Shown here one piece after another: positions 1 through 10,250 of a stretch of 60,868 nt of DNA. The position numbers and the translations under genes were made by a program. This DNA comes from Carnobacterium sp. GTDB lineage: Bacteria > Bacillota > Bacilli > Lactobacillales > Carnobacteriaceae. The notes beneath the pieces are model-generated. The model did not search any database. It had not been told where the DNA came from and saw only the letters and a list, made by a program, of their open reading frames with translations. Where the stretch lies: positions 1 through 60,868 of the forward strand of contig JAVWJE010000001.1 in the NCBI GenBank assembly GCA_036639135.1, read 5' to 3'. Numbering within the stretch: the stretch's first letter is position 1; the number at the start of each line of letters is the position of its first letter.

Positions 1-87
1 CTTATTGAATAATCAAATTTTTTTCTTTTCTTATTTCTCTGAGGTATACTAATGGAGCAAAGCAAACTTAAAAAGGGAGTGAGTACA

Positions 88-309
88 ATGGAATGGAATC
101 AAGTAAAGGGATATGACCAGTTAGACGAAGATCAAATTCAAAGACTTAATCTTGTTTATGCTCGCCACATGGAGGAACTAGATGATCCTCCTAAATACGC
201 AATAGAAAATATCGTCGACATTAAAAGAAACCAAGAAAATTATTCCGTAACCTTAACATTTAAAAATGATGAAGTTATTCATTATACGCCTGAAGGAGAA
301 TGGTATTAA
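88..309 (+). CDS. Small acidic hypothetical protein (~73 aa)
   Basis: ORF 52..309; GGGAG RBS precedes ATG at 88; followed by a terminator hairpin. Confidence 0.7.
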   Translation: MEWNQVKGYDQLDEDQIQRLNLVYARHMEELDDPPKYAIENIVDIKRNQENYSVTLTFKNDEVIHYTPEGEWY

Positions 310-315
310 CCAACT

Positions 316-358
316 AAAAAAAGAAACGCTCACAGAGTTTGTGGGCGTTTCTTTTTTT
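316..358. terminator. Bidirectional intrinsic terminator
   Basis: AAAAAAGAAACGCTCACA-gagtt-TGTGGGCGTTTCTTTTTT between convergent genes. Confidence 0.85.
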
Positions 359-361
359 AGA

Positions 362-1714
362 TTATTTCATTGTAACAAACTCTTCTGAAGCAGTTGGATG
401 AATAGCAACAGTAGCGTCAAAATCAGCTTTGGTTGCCCCCATTTTGATTGCAACAGCAAATCCTTGAAGCATTTCGTCCATCCCAGATCCCATTCCATGC
501 AAACCAACAATTTTTTCTTCTGGTCCACAACAAACTAATTTCATGTATGTTTTTTGTCTATTTTTAGTAATTGAACTATGCATAGCTGTGAAACGTGCTT
601 CGTACGTTTTTATTTGTGCAGTACCAAATTTATCAACGGCTTGTTCTTCTGTCATACCCACTGTTCCGATTGGTGGGTGACTAAATACAACTGTTGGAAC
701 GTTACTATAATCTAAATACGCTAAAGGTTTATTGTTAAATAAACGTTCAGATAAGTTTCTTCCTGCAGCGATTGCAACGGGTGTTAACTCAATATGGCCA
801 GTTACATCCCCAATTGCATAAATTCCATTTGCTGTTGTATTTTGAAATTCATCTACAGTGATATACCCACCAGCATTTAGTGTAACATCCGTTGCGGTTA
901 AATTTAAATCTTGAGTATTTGGATGACGACCTATTGCCCAAATAACCGCATCTGTTTCATGAGTTGACCCGTCTTCAAAGTGAAGAGTAAGACTACCGTC
1001 CTCATTTTTTATAACTTCTTTAGGAGTTGCATACGTATGCAATGTTGCACCCTCTCGTTCCATGGTTTCGACTAATCCTTCAACAATGATGGAATCGAAA
1101 TTACGCAAAGGAGCATGTTTACGGACAAATAAATGGGTGTCCGATCCTAATCCATGTAATACGCCCGCGAGTTCAACAGCAATGTAACCTGCTCCAACAA
1201 TAGCCGTTCTTTCGGGTAGTTCTGTCAATTCAAAGAAACCATCAGAGTCGATTCCATATTCAGCACCAGGAATCTCTGGAAATACTGGTTTTCCACCTGT
1301 TGCAATCAGAATATGATCTGCAGTGTAGTGTTTACCATTTACTTCAACCGTTTTGTTGTTTACAAACTTAGCATAGCCGTTTATTAAATCTACGCTATTG
1401 TTATCTAAGCCATTTTTGTAGCTTCCATGTAATCTTTCGATAAACGTTTCTCTATTTTTAACTAATTTAGCAAAATTTAATTTTTTAGCTGGTATATCAA
1501 TACCATAATCAGGAGCATATAAATTCATTTCATCCATCATCTGCGCACCATGCCACATAATTTTTTTAGGGACACAGCCAACATTGACGCATGTTCCACC
1601 GATAGCATTTCCTTCTATTAATGCACCTTTAGCACCATGCATTCCTGCACGATTAATAGAAGCTATTCCACCACTTCCGCCACCGATAGCAATATAATCA
1701 TACTTTTCAACCAT
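362..1714 (-). CDS. gor: Glutathione-disulfide reductase
   Basis: GGGSGG FAD motif, [11 protein letters not shown] redox disulfide, GAGYIA NADPH motif, C-terminal HPTASEE; probable start MVEKYD at 1714 after GGAG. Confidence 0.95.
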   Translation of the reverse strand: MVEKYDYIAIGGGSGGIASINRAGMHGAKGALIEGNAIGGTCVNVGCVPKKIMWHGAQMMDEMNLYAPDYGIDIPAKKLNFAKLVKNRETFIERLHGSYKNGLDNNSVDLINGYAKFVNNKTVEVNGKHYTADHILIATGGKPVFPEIPGAEYGIDSDGFFELTELPERTAIVGAGYIAVELAGVLHGLGSDTHLFVRKHAPLRNFDSIIVEGLVETMEREGATLHTYATPKEVIKNEDGSLTLHFEDGSTHETDAVIWAIGRHPNTQDLNLTATDVTLNAGGYITVDEFQNTTANGIYAIGDVTGHIELTPVAIAAGRNLSERLFNNKPLAYLDYSNVPTVVFSHPPIGTVGMTEEQAVDKFGTAQIKTYEARFTAMHSSITKNRQKTYMKLVCCGPEEKIVGLHGMGSGMDEMLQGFAVAIKMGATKADFDATVAIHPTASEEFVTMK

Positions 1715-1878
1715 TGTATCTCCCACTTTCTTTCTTATACTTACTTTAGTATAGGTAATTCATTGTTAAAAAGAAAGAAGAAGGTTTCACAAATTTTCAT
1801 TTTCTCCTTCAAATAAAAAAATTATGAAACCTCTTTTCTTATCTTTCTACATAATTAAGTAAGGTAAATCGTTTAAAT

Positions 1879-3195
1879 TCAAGAAGTCGTCTTTTCTGCT
1901 GGAATAATAATGTTTAACGCTAATGCAACTAAACAAGCAATTACAATAGCTGATTCTCCAAACAAGGCTGATAAGAAATTTGGCAATCCTACCATTGCTT
2001 CTGGAACTTGGGTTAATCCCAATCCGAAGACTAAAGAGAGACCAACAATCACTTTTGAGCGATCTGTTAGAGGCTCTGATGTTAATATTCCAATTCCTGT
2101 TAAAGTAATCTGCGAAAAGATAATAATAGAAGCTCCCCCGATAACTGCCTGAGGTAAAGTAGAAAGCATCGCTCCAAATTTTGGAATTAGTCCTGCAGCA
2201 ATTAAAAAGACAGAACCAACTGCGACAATGTATCGACTCATCATTTTAGTAAAGGAAATCATTCCAACATTTTGACTAAAAGATGTATTTGGTAATGAGT
2301 TGAACATAGAGGCTAAAGAAGAAGTAATTCCATTTGCTAAAATGGCTCCAGATAATTCTTTATCTGTTGGTTCTCTGTCCGCCCCACCCATTGTTATCGC
2401 AGTAACGTCTCCAACTGTTTCAACAGCTGTGACGATAAACATAATCAACATAGGTGCAATAGCTCCCCATTTAAATACTAACGGAAAATAAAAAGGCTGA
2501 GGCAATGAAAACCAAGAAGCTTCATTAATCGCTCCAAACTCTACCATATTTAAGAAAAGAGCTAGTACATAACCAATAATAATGGCAATTAAAATAGAGG
2601 ACGTTTTAGCCATTCCTTTTCCAAATTGATTGAAAAGTAAAACTATCATCATCACAAATAATGAGACCAACCAGTTTTTTGCAGAACCAAATGTTTCAGA
2701 ACCACTCCCACCTGCCATTGCTGTTATTCCCGTAGGCAATAGAGATAATCCAATTGTTAATACCACGGTTCCTGTTACAACTTTTGGAAAAAAACGTCTT
2801 AAAGGTTTAATAAAAAAGCCTAATCCTGCACAAAATAAGCCCCCAACAAACGTTGCTCCTAATAGACCAGAGATACCATACCCACTAGCAATAGAAATAT
2901 TCGTTGGCAAGAATCCAAAACTACTTCCCATCACGATAGGAAGTTTCGCTCCAACTCTCCATATTGGATAACATTGGATTAGTGTGGCTACTCCAGCCAT
3001 AATCATTGCACTTTGAACTAATATGGTTAAATCATTTCCTGATATCCCCACTACTTTTGCTACAATAATTGGAACAGCTATGTTGCTTAAAAACATAGCG
3101 AAAATGTGTTGCAAGCCTAAAGGAACAGCTTCTCTTAAAAGTGGAACGCCATCTATATCATACTTACTTCTATTAATCGATTCAGCTTTTTTCAT
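1879..3195 (-). CDS. NCS2/NAT family nucleobase permease, xanthine/urate type
   Basis: TM1 LQH motif and NAT signature SFSQNVGMISFTK; highly hydrophobic; probable start MKKAES at 3195. Confidence 0.9.
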   Translation of the reverse strand: MKKAESINRSKYDIDGVPLLREAVPLGLQHIFAMFLSNIAVPIIVAKVVGISGNDLTILVQSAMIMAGVATLIQCYPIWRVGAKLPIVMGSSFGFLPTNISIASGYGISGLLGATFVGGLFCAGLGFFIKPLRRFFPKVVTGTVVLTIGLSLLPTGITAMAGGSGSETFGSAKNWLVSLFVMMIVLLFNQFGKGMAKTSSILIAIIIGYVLALFLNMVEFGAINEASWFSLPQPFYFPLVFKWGAIAPMLIMFIVTAVETVGDVTAITMGGADREPTDKELSGAILANGITSSLASMFNSLPNTSFSQNVGMISFTKMMSRYIVAVGSVFLIAAGLIPKFGAMLSTLPQAVIGGASIIIFSQITLTGIGILTSEPLTDRSKVIVGLSLVFGLGLTQVPEAMVGLPNFLSALFGESAIVIACLVALALNIIIPAEKTTS

Positions 3196-3258
3196 TAAAC
3201 CAACCCCCAACTTATAATAGTAGCAAGTGCCTACTATTTGATTAAATAAATCTCTGTT

Positions 3259-4563
3259 TTAAAGGTTGCCGAATAGCTGTTTAGCAGCATAATCAGGTCC
3301 TCTTTTTTTAGAAATCGTACTCCAATGAATTAAATCTTTTTTCGATTGATTAGAGAGTTTTAAAAGAGAAGCTAGTAGATCCTCTTCTGTAAATGTATTT
3401 GGATTTAATATCTCAGCTAACTGTCTTTGCTCACAATCATAAGCAATATTAAATTGATCACTTGAAAATGGAAGAATGATCATTGGTTTTCCGTAATACA
3501 TAGCTTCTGTAAATGTATTACAGCCTCCATGAAAAATAACGGTATCCATATAAGACATTAAGGCTTTCTGTGGAATGAACTCTTCAATGATTACAGAAGG
3601 AGAACGATAGTGCTCTAACTTTTCTGCATTGCTTCCAGCTGATACAATCAAAAGAGCATCTGGGTTGTATTTTTTAGAACCAACAATCAGTTTCTCTAGA
3701 ACATCTACTCGATTGGACAAGAATGTACCCAAAGTGATCAGAATTTTTTTATCTTTTCCTTTAAGTTTTTCTACCCATTCTTCGCTCAAAGATTCTTCTT
3801 CAAAACAATTGCCCATAAAAATTTTATTCGGTAACTGTTTATTGTCTTCAATGGAATCAAAATCAAAGTAATTATAAAGAACAGCTTTATCTGAAACCAA
3901 ACTAAACGCATTGTCTATCTGTTTACGATTGTTCTTACTTTCGAGTATGATTTCATTAAAAATAGTTGTGAATTCGTTTTGTGTTTTCTTAGAAACTTGT
4001 TTTAACTCCTCTAACTTTTCACTCCCTACTGGTATGACAGAAGGCCAATTCTTAGGAACTCCATAATTTTCATTTTCCATCGGGATTGTTCTTGGATGCG
4101 GTGGGCAAAATGTCACAAAGGGAAGATCTAAAGAATACAATCCAAGCGTAACCCCATAAGATAAAATATCTACAACATACAAATCTATTTCTAAGGATTC
4201 ATCTATTTTTTCTATTTTTGAAATAAGTTCATCTGGTTTATAAAGCATATCCTTTTTTCTGTGTCTTGATTGCGTAATAAGGGTTTCTGCTGCACCTTTT
4301 CTTGTAGATTCAAAGAACTCATCTAAACGGTCTTTCTCAGAATCAGGTTGGTCTGTTATTTCAGCTTTTCCAACATTTTTATTTTTACTAATATCAATCT
4401 CGTAAAACGTTATATTTTCTTGCTCTACTTGCTTTTTAAAATCCTTACTGCATCCGAAAGTAACCTCTTTTCCAAGCTTCTTAAAACTCTTTGCAAGGAC
4501 TAAAAGAGGGGTGAAATGAGAGTAAAACGGTGGACTAATAAAGAATATATGGTTAGCGTTCAT
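3259..4563 (-). CDS. GT1 (MGT/UGT-like) glycosyltransferase
   Basis: N-terminal PPFYSHFTP (HxxP) and UGT box FIPQ...IFHGGCNTFTEAMYYGKPMIILPFSSDQ. Confidence 0.85.
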   Translation of the reverse strand: MNANHIFFISPPFYSHFTPLLVLAKSFKKLGKEVTFGCSKDFKKQVEQENITFYEIDISKNKNVGKAEITDQPDSEKDRLDEFFESTRKGAAETLITQSRHRKKDMLYKPDELISKIEKIDESLEIDLYVVDILSYGVTLGLYSLDLPFVTFCPPHPRTIPMENENYGVPKNWPSVIPVGSEKLEELKQVSKKTQNEFTTIFNEIILESKNNRKQIDNAFSLVSDKAVLYNYFDFDSIEDNKQLPNKIFMGNCFEEESLSEEWVEKLKGKDKKILITLGTFLSNRVDVLEKLIVGSKKYNPDALLIVSAGSNAEKLEHYRSPSVIIEEFIPQKALMSYMDTVIFHGGCNTFTEAMYYGKPMIILPFSSDQFNIAYDCEQRQLAEILNPNTFTEEDLLASLLKLSNQSKKDLIHWSTISKKRGPDYAAKQLFGNL

Positions 4564-6598
4564 TTACTTTGCTCCTTTTTAAAGATAAATAAAATGATAA
4601 AAACTCTTTAGCTATTTCTTTCATAGAAAAACGTTCTTTAACGGTTTGTTGTCCAGCATTTTGAATTTTTTCAAAGGCTACGGGATCATTTTTCAAACGC
4701 TCAATAATGATTTCTGTTTGTTTGGAAATTGTTTCCCAATTAGATGTATCAATTAAAAATCCATTGGTATCATTTTCTAAATAACTTTTCACGCCTCCTC
4801 TTTCAGGTCCCAACACTAAGAATTTTTGTGATAAGGCTTCTAAAATAGCAATTCCGAACTCTTCTTTTTTACTTGAACAAAGATAAATTTGTGGATAATT
4901 TTTTTGGTGTTCCATAATCTTCATTTCTATCATTCTTACATTTTTATTTGATAGTGCACCGATGTGGTGAAAGTTGTCCTTTAGATGAGGGTGCTCATTG
5001 AGGTACTCTTCAAAAGAATGCATCATTTTCTTTTCATCTTTACTAGGGTTCTCTAAATCCCCACCAATGATTAGTAAATTATAGATCTCTGACATACTTG
5101 AGTTTCCCCAAGCTTTCATTAGTTCGTCCTGAGCTTTTAGTTGATCTAATCTTCCTACATTTAGAATAATCGGTCTATCAAAAAAACTTTCTTTGAATGC
5201 AATTTGTTTTAATTCTTCAAATGGGTTTAACATTCCATTCGCATCGTTTAATTCACTGTCTGCTTGAATGCCTTCACTAATCATCCATAGTCTTTCTTTC
5301 TTCCCCTCTTTTAATAATTGTGGGAAATACAATTCTAATTCTTTTTTTACTTTACTGTTGCCAATGCCTACAATTTGATCACTTTCAACCAGCAATTCGT
5401 CACCTATCATAATCTTATTAAGTTTTTGAAAAAGTTCATCAGAATTAAACACTTTGAGCGATCCATTTTTGTTTGTCATGTTGCGATGTGGATCTGGCGT
5501 TAATGTAAAAACTAATTTTTTTTCTAACTCCTTACTCAAAAGAGCGATTGATTTAGACGCATTATCTAAATAACGAACGTGAAAAATATCCGGTTCAATT
5601 TCTAATTTTTTAAGAAATCGATCGATTGCTCTTTTTATAAATGGTTCTTTTTTCAGAAAAGGATCTTTATTCGATGCATCAATGTAAACTGGTGCTCTTA
5701 AGAATAAGTGATTGTCTGAGTAAAAATTCATAAGCGATTGATTTTGTGACCATTCATTTGTAATGGTTAACGTTACAACTAGTGAAACTTCTTCTGATTT
5801 AGATAGCTGATTTCCTAAGTTTTTTAAGAAAACTGCCATTCCTCCATTGTTGCCTTTACCAGAGTTTTCGAAGTCCCCATAAAACATAGATTGTAAAATG
5901 GTCAACCCATTCGTCGTAACTAACTGTTCTTTTTTGAGTATAGACATATAATCACTAAATAATTTTTTGTTTTTTTTAAAAGGAGCTAAAGTTTCTATAA
6001 CCGCATAATTTAAATTGTCTATCGAGTAAAGTTCGACCAACAAATCTATTAATTGTATTTTAATATTAATCGGGTAGTCTTCTTTTAACCACTTATAAAT
6101 AAGCTCCTCAAAACCATCAACTTTGAACTGATACAGATAATCTATTCCTATTGAAAAGTTATCCAATTCTTTTTCGTAAGAGGTTAATAAGTCTCTTAAC
6201 AGTTTTTTACTTAAACTATCTCTATCCGTTTCTATACAGATATCTATTAACGCATAGATTTTTTTTTGATTCGTATTTTTTTGAGACAAGAGCGAAATAA
6301 CTACTGTATCAAAACCCTCATTAGTCAGGAGTAGTTGGTTCTTTATAACAAAATTTACTATATAACGATCTAAGTAGTCATTTTGACTCAAATAAGAAAG
6401 TGACCGAATGATATCCGTCTCATTCAAATCCTTTTTAGTTATTAATTGCAAGATTTCTTTAAATTGCTTCATTACGACTTTTTCTTTTATTTCTCCAAGA
6501 AGATTCTCTTTTTCATATCTTTCTAAAAACATCGAAGGAAAAGACTGAAGATTTTCTTTATTAAAATAGTCATTTCTTAAATCAATAAATTTATTCAT
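4553..6598 (-). CDS. GT4 glycosyltransferase with ~230 aa helical N-terminal extension
   Basis: GKGNNGGMAVFL loop, VGRLDQLK, EEFGIAILEA (EX7E); overlaps next gene by 11 nt; AAGGAAGG RBS. Confidence 0.85.
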   Translation of the reverse strand: MNKFIDLRNDYFNKENLQSFPSMFLERYEKENLLGEIKEKVVMKQFKEILQLITKKDLNETDIIRSLSYLSQNDYLDRYIVNFVIKNQLLLTNEGFDTVVISLLSQKNTNQKKIYALIDICIETDRDSLSKKLLRDLLTSYEKELDNFSIGIDYLYQFKVDGFEELIYKWLKEDYPINIKIQLIDLLVELYSIDNLNYAVIETLAPFKKNKKLFSDYMSILKKEQLVTTNGLTILQSMFYGDFENSGKGNNGGMAVFLKNLGNQLSKSEEVSLVVTLTITNEWSQNQSLMNFYSDNHLFLRAPVYIDASNKDPFLKKEPFIKRAIDRFLKKLEIEPDIFHVRYLDNASKSIALLSKELEKKLVFTLTPDPHRNMTNKNGSLKVFNSDELFQKLNKIMIGDELLVESDQIVGIGNSKVKKELELYFPQLLKEGKKERLWMISEGIQADSELNDANGMLNPFEELKQIAFKESFFDRPIILNVGRLDQLKAQDELMKAWGNSSMSEIYNLLIIGGDLENPSKDEKKMMHSFEEYLNEHPHLKDNFHHIGALSNKNVRMIEMKIMEHQKNYPQIYLCSSKKEEFGIAILEALSQKFLVLGPERGGVKSYLENDTNGFLIDTSNWETISKQTEIIIERLKNDPVAFEKIQNAGQQTVKERFSMKEIAKEFLSFYLSLKRSKVNER

Positions 6599-6792
6599 GG
6601 TCTACCGCCTTCCTTGAGGAAATCGCATTCATCTTATTGTATTTAAAGCATCATTCTATTTCATTTATCGTGTATTTTGAAACAAACTTGTAGAGAATAG
6701 TATAACATAGGAAGCGATAACGAACTATTTTAAAGAACTGTCTATATTTATTCAGGTTACTTTAATTAAGTTTAATTTTTTACAATAAAAAT

Positions 6793-6841
6793 TAAACTTA
6801 ATGAACGACAACCTATTGTTGTTGTCATCCATTAAGTTTTT
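6793..6841 (-). terminator. Intrinsic terminator after the deaminase gene
   Basis: AAACTTAATG...CATTAAGTTT long hairpin, T-rich tail on minus strand. Confidence 0.65.
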
Positions 6842-6857
6842 AAAAATAAGTATGATT

Positions 6858-7319
6858 TTAATGCGAGTTGTTTTTTTCTACCCATAGATTCATCGGGTTT
6901 TCTTTTCCTTCTTCTAAAGGCATTTGTTTCATTGATAGTTTCCGTTGCAATCGATCTTTTTTTAAATCTTCGTAAATAACTTTAGAAATTCCCATACCAA
7001 TTTCGGCGGCTTCTTCGATTGATGCACAATAATACCCTTTTTTTATTCCAGATAAATACATCACTGATAAGCACATTGGACAAGGTTCCCCACTGGCATA
7101 CATGGTATAATCCGATAAATCAAGTGTTTTCAACTCTGTTTGGGCTTTACGTATCGCCAACATTTCTGCATGACCACTACTATCATAAGTATGATGCAAT
7201 TCGTTAACTCCTTCAGAAATAATTTCTCCGTCTTTAACGAGTACTGCTCCAAAAGGTGTTCCTCCATCACGAACATTTTCTGCTGCAAGTTTAACCGCTC
7301 TTTCCATAAATTTATCCAT
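6858..7319 (-). CDS. guaD: Nucleoside/guanine deaminase (CDA fold)
   Basis: PFGAV, HAE and EPCPMC zinc motifs; resembles Bacillus GuaD; probable start MDKFM at 7319. Confidence 0.75.
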   Translation of the reverse strand: MDKFMERAVKLAAENVRDGGTPFGAVLVKDGEIISEGVNELHHTYDSSGHAEMLAIRKAQTELKTLDLSDYTMYASGEPCPMCLSVMYLSGIKKGYYCASIEEAAEIGMGISKVIYEDLKKDRLQRKLSMKQMPLEEGKENPMNLWVEKNNSH

Positions 7320-7369
7320 TACGTCATCCCTTTCTTTTATCTGCATTAAATGAACTAGTTTATTTAATT

Positions 7370-8317
7370 TTAACCAACTGACTTTCTTTTGAATTTAAAA
7401 ATTTCTTTCATATCTGCTGCTGCTGCTGTAATTGAACCTCCAACAATAATCAATGCACAAATCATACTTTTTATAGAAATCTCTTCATTTAATAGAATCG
7501 CTCCAAATACGATTGCCCAAGCACAGTATGTTATATTTAAGGCCATGGCTTTAGAAGCGCCGATTGTATTGATAGCTTTATAATAAAATAAATAAGAAGT
7601 TGTCCCGAATAATGCTGCCAATAAAATAATCGCGGCTGTTTTTGTAGGAATGAGAGACAATGTAAAAGACCAACCTTTAACAAATGGAATAATAAGGATT
7701 CCATAAAACACAGCCGAAGTTAATTGTCTTATTTGAAGCGCTAAACGATCGCTGATTTCTTGAGTTTTTAATCCGTATGCTATAATAACGGCTTCTGATG
7801 CCCAACCAATAACACACATCAATGCAAACAAAAAACCCAAAAGCATATGGTTTGATTCATTTCCTCCAGGCGTATATCCTAAGACAATTACACCTAGAAT
7901 GCTGACCGTTAGTCCAAAAATTTGATACCCTTTCATCCTTTCTTTTAAAAAAACATAAGACAATAATGCTCCGACTCCTGGAAATAGAGCCGATATAATC
8001 GCTGTATAAGCCGCGCCTATATAGTTTATAGATAAAACATAACCCGTCATACCAATAGGGCCCCCAAGCAAAGCTGCTAAAACAATCACTTTTCCACTTC
8101 TTGTTTTTAAAGCTTCAAAGATTTTTTTTGATTCTTTTTTGAATCCCATATAAAAAATCATCCATAGTGAAGAACAAAAATCGTGGATAAATGTACTAAT
8201 AAACGGTGCTAATAGTATCGCTTGTTCCGTTGATACAAACGGTGTCATGACTAAAGCTATACCCAGTATAACGGTATCTAATCCCCAAAAAAAACCTGCT
8301 AATAAGCCATAAGCCAT
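7370..8317 (-). CDS. licB: DMT/EamA-family transporter, probable choline permease
   Basis: About 10 TM segments; position in the lic operon. Confidence 0.75.
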   Translation of the reverse strand: MAYGLLAGFFWGLDTVILGIALVMTPFVSTEQAILLAPFISTFIHDFCSSLWMIFYMGFKKESKKIFEALKTRSGKVIVLAALLGGPIGMTGYVLSINYIGAAYTAIISALFPGVGALLSYVFLKERMKGYQIFGLTVSILGVIVLGYTPGGNESNHMLLGFLFALMCVIGWASEAVIIAYGLKTQEISDRLALQIRQLTSAVFYGILIIPFVKGWSFTLSLIPTKTAAIILLAALFGTTSYLFYYKAINTIGASKAMALNITYCAWAIVFGAILLNEEISIKSMICALIIVGGSITAAAADMKEIFKFKRKSVG

Positions 8318-8338
8318 AGATTATTCTCCTAAACGTTT

Positions 8339-9235
8339 TTATCTTTCTTTACACTTAATTAATTCTTTTGTTTCATAGATATAGGAATATGTTTCCGTTT
8401 TTACCAAACAAATAAACCCAATCGTTTCTCCCACTTTTTTTATCGGAGTGATATGAGTGATATCACTTTCTTTACAAGATAGTCGTTCACAGATAGACTG
8501 CAAAATAAGTGAACCAGTAGAACGAATGTAACTTGAATCAAATAGTCTTAATTCATCTAAGGTATCAAATTCGACTATCCTTTCTTTAGCATATTTACGT
8601 ATAAATAGATTTAGTTCATGAATGTGATCAAGATAAACCTTTTCCCATAATAAACTTGGTGTCTCAGGATCATCATAAACTGCTTCTAAAATTTCCACAA
8701 ATTTCTTTGAAAAATCAGCAGAAAAAAAGACATGCCCTAACATCACCCAACTATTTTTACCTCCTACCTTCAAATTAGTTATTAAACCAGTCTCATCTGT
8801 TTCAATGCACCATTCATCTGTTTCACCCTCTTCATAAACAGATGAATAATAAGCTTGTTTAACGTAAGGTTCGAACACGTTTTGTGTGAAATAGTTATCT
8901 GCTGAACAGATATACGTATTACCAAGAATTTCTTTGACTGCATATAAAGTAGAGTGATTGTTGCGAGTGGCATAATCCATGTTTTCAACTAACTTAACTT
9001 GAAACTTGTCTTCTAAGTATTGAAATAAGTCTTTTTTATACCCTACAACAATCGTTATGTCCTCTATCCCAGCTTCTTTTAATTGAAGGATTTGTCGTTC
9101 TATTAAAATTTGACCTTTGATTTTTACTAACGACTTTGGGTATTCATAAGAAATTGGAGCAAATCGAGAGGAAAGTCCAGCTGCCATAATAACCGCATTT
9201 TCAACTTTTAGTAACGTTTTATCTTCTTCATTCAT
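8339..9235 (-). CDS. licC: CTP:phosphocholine cytidylyltransferase
   Basis: AVIMAAGLSSRFAP...PKSL NTP-transferase motif, RNNHSTL, EFDTLDEL. Confidence 0.9.
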   Translation of the reverse strand: MNEEDKTLLKVENAVIMAAGLSSRFAPISYEYPKSLVKIKGQILIERQILQLKEAGIEDITIVVGYKKDLFQYLEDKFQVKLVENMDYATRNNHSTLYAVKEILGNTYICSADNYFTQNVFEPYVKQAYYSSVYEEGETDEWCIETDETGLITNLKVGGKNSWVMLGHVFFSADFSKKFVEILEAVYDDPETPSLLWEKVYLDHIHELNLFIRKYAKERIVEFDTLDELRLFDSSYIRSTGSLILQSICERLSCKESDITHITPIKKVGETIGFICLVKTETYSYIYETKELIKCKER

Positions 9236-9271
9236 TTCATCTATCCCCTTATTTACTACTTACGTAGTCAC

Positions 9272-10204
9272 TTACTCTAAATTCAAATCGGTCTCTGGAA
9301 GGAATTCATTTACCACTATCGAATAATAAGTTTTTGCATAATCGTATTGTCTCAATGCGTATTCTCCAAAGTCCACTCCTAATGCGTTTTTGTATTCACA
9401 CCAGTTACTCCAAAGTAACCCGCCTACCGCTATGTAACAATAAATTTTCATTCGTATTTCGTTTGTACACTCTCCAGAAAAATAACTATCGATTAAAAAG
9501 TCTGTTTGTTTTCTATCATATAGAGAATAAATGGCAAACATAGCTACATCAAAGTGTGGATCTTGCATCGCTGCATATTCCCAATCAATAACAAATACTT
9601 CATCGTTTACAAATAAAAAATTGTCTGGAACAGAATCTATATGAGCTAACACGAATTGTTTAGGGAGCTGATCAATTAATCTTTCTAAAAACATAACTTG
9701 GTCTTTCACTTTAACATAATCTTCAAACATAGAAGGTTTTCCATTCCATAAACTTTCATAAAACTCAATTTCTTCAAAAGGATCGAAAGAATGAGAAACT
9801 TCTAAATTACTGGTATGGAATTCTCTTAATTTATTCATACAAAGCCGAACGTCCTTTTCATTAAAAGGGTCGCTTACTCTCGCTGATTCCCAAAACTCAG
9901 TTATTTTGATGCCGCTTTCATTCGAGATATAAATAATGTTGTCACTTATTTTTTTTTCTTTTAATACCTCATATACATTGTATTCATTGTTTCTATTAAT
10001 CAATTTATCTGTACCCGCTCCTGGAACACGAACAATATAGCTTTTATCTTTTATTCTAAATTTGAATGAATTGTTTGTCATTCCTTTTTTCAAATAGGTT
10101 ATATCTTTTATTTCATCTTGATCAATATCCATGATATTAGTAATAATTGAAACAACTTCTGGATCTAATACTTTCTCTTTTAATGCTTTATTTTGATCTC
10201 CCAT
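9272..10204 (-). CDS. licA: Choline kinase
   Basis: GMTN, RVPG, Brenner motif HIDSVPDN and IDWEYA. Confidence 0.9.
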   Translation of the reverse strand: MGDQNKALKEKVLDPEVVSIITNIMDIDQDEIKDITYLKKGMTNNSFKFRIKDKSYIVRVPGAGTDKLINRNNEYNVYEVLKEKKISDNIIYISNESGIKITEFWESARVSDPFNEKDVRLCMNKLREFHTSNLEVSHSFDPFEEIEFYESLWNGKPSMFEDYVKVKDQVMFLERLIDQLPKQFVLAHIDSVPDNFLFVNDEVFVIDWEYAAMQDPHFDVAMFAIYSLYDRKQTDFLIDSYFSGECTNEIRMKIYCYIAVGGLLWSNWCEYKNALGVDFGEYALRQYDYAKTYYSIVVNEFLPETDLNLE

Positions 10205-10250
10205 TATTTTCTTCCCTTCTTATGTGATGCACTAAATTTAGTACATCGTT

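Noticed and set aside
1910-3871. Short plus-strand ORFs inside the permease and GT1 genes (and similar antisense ORFs throughout the window)
   Set aside because: They are antisense shadows of well-supported genes, with no RBS or recognisable motifs
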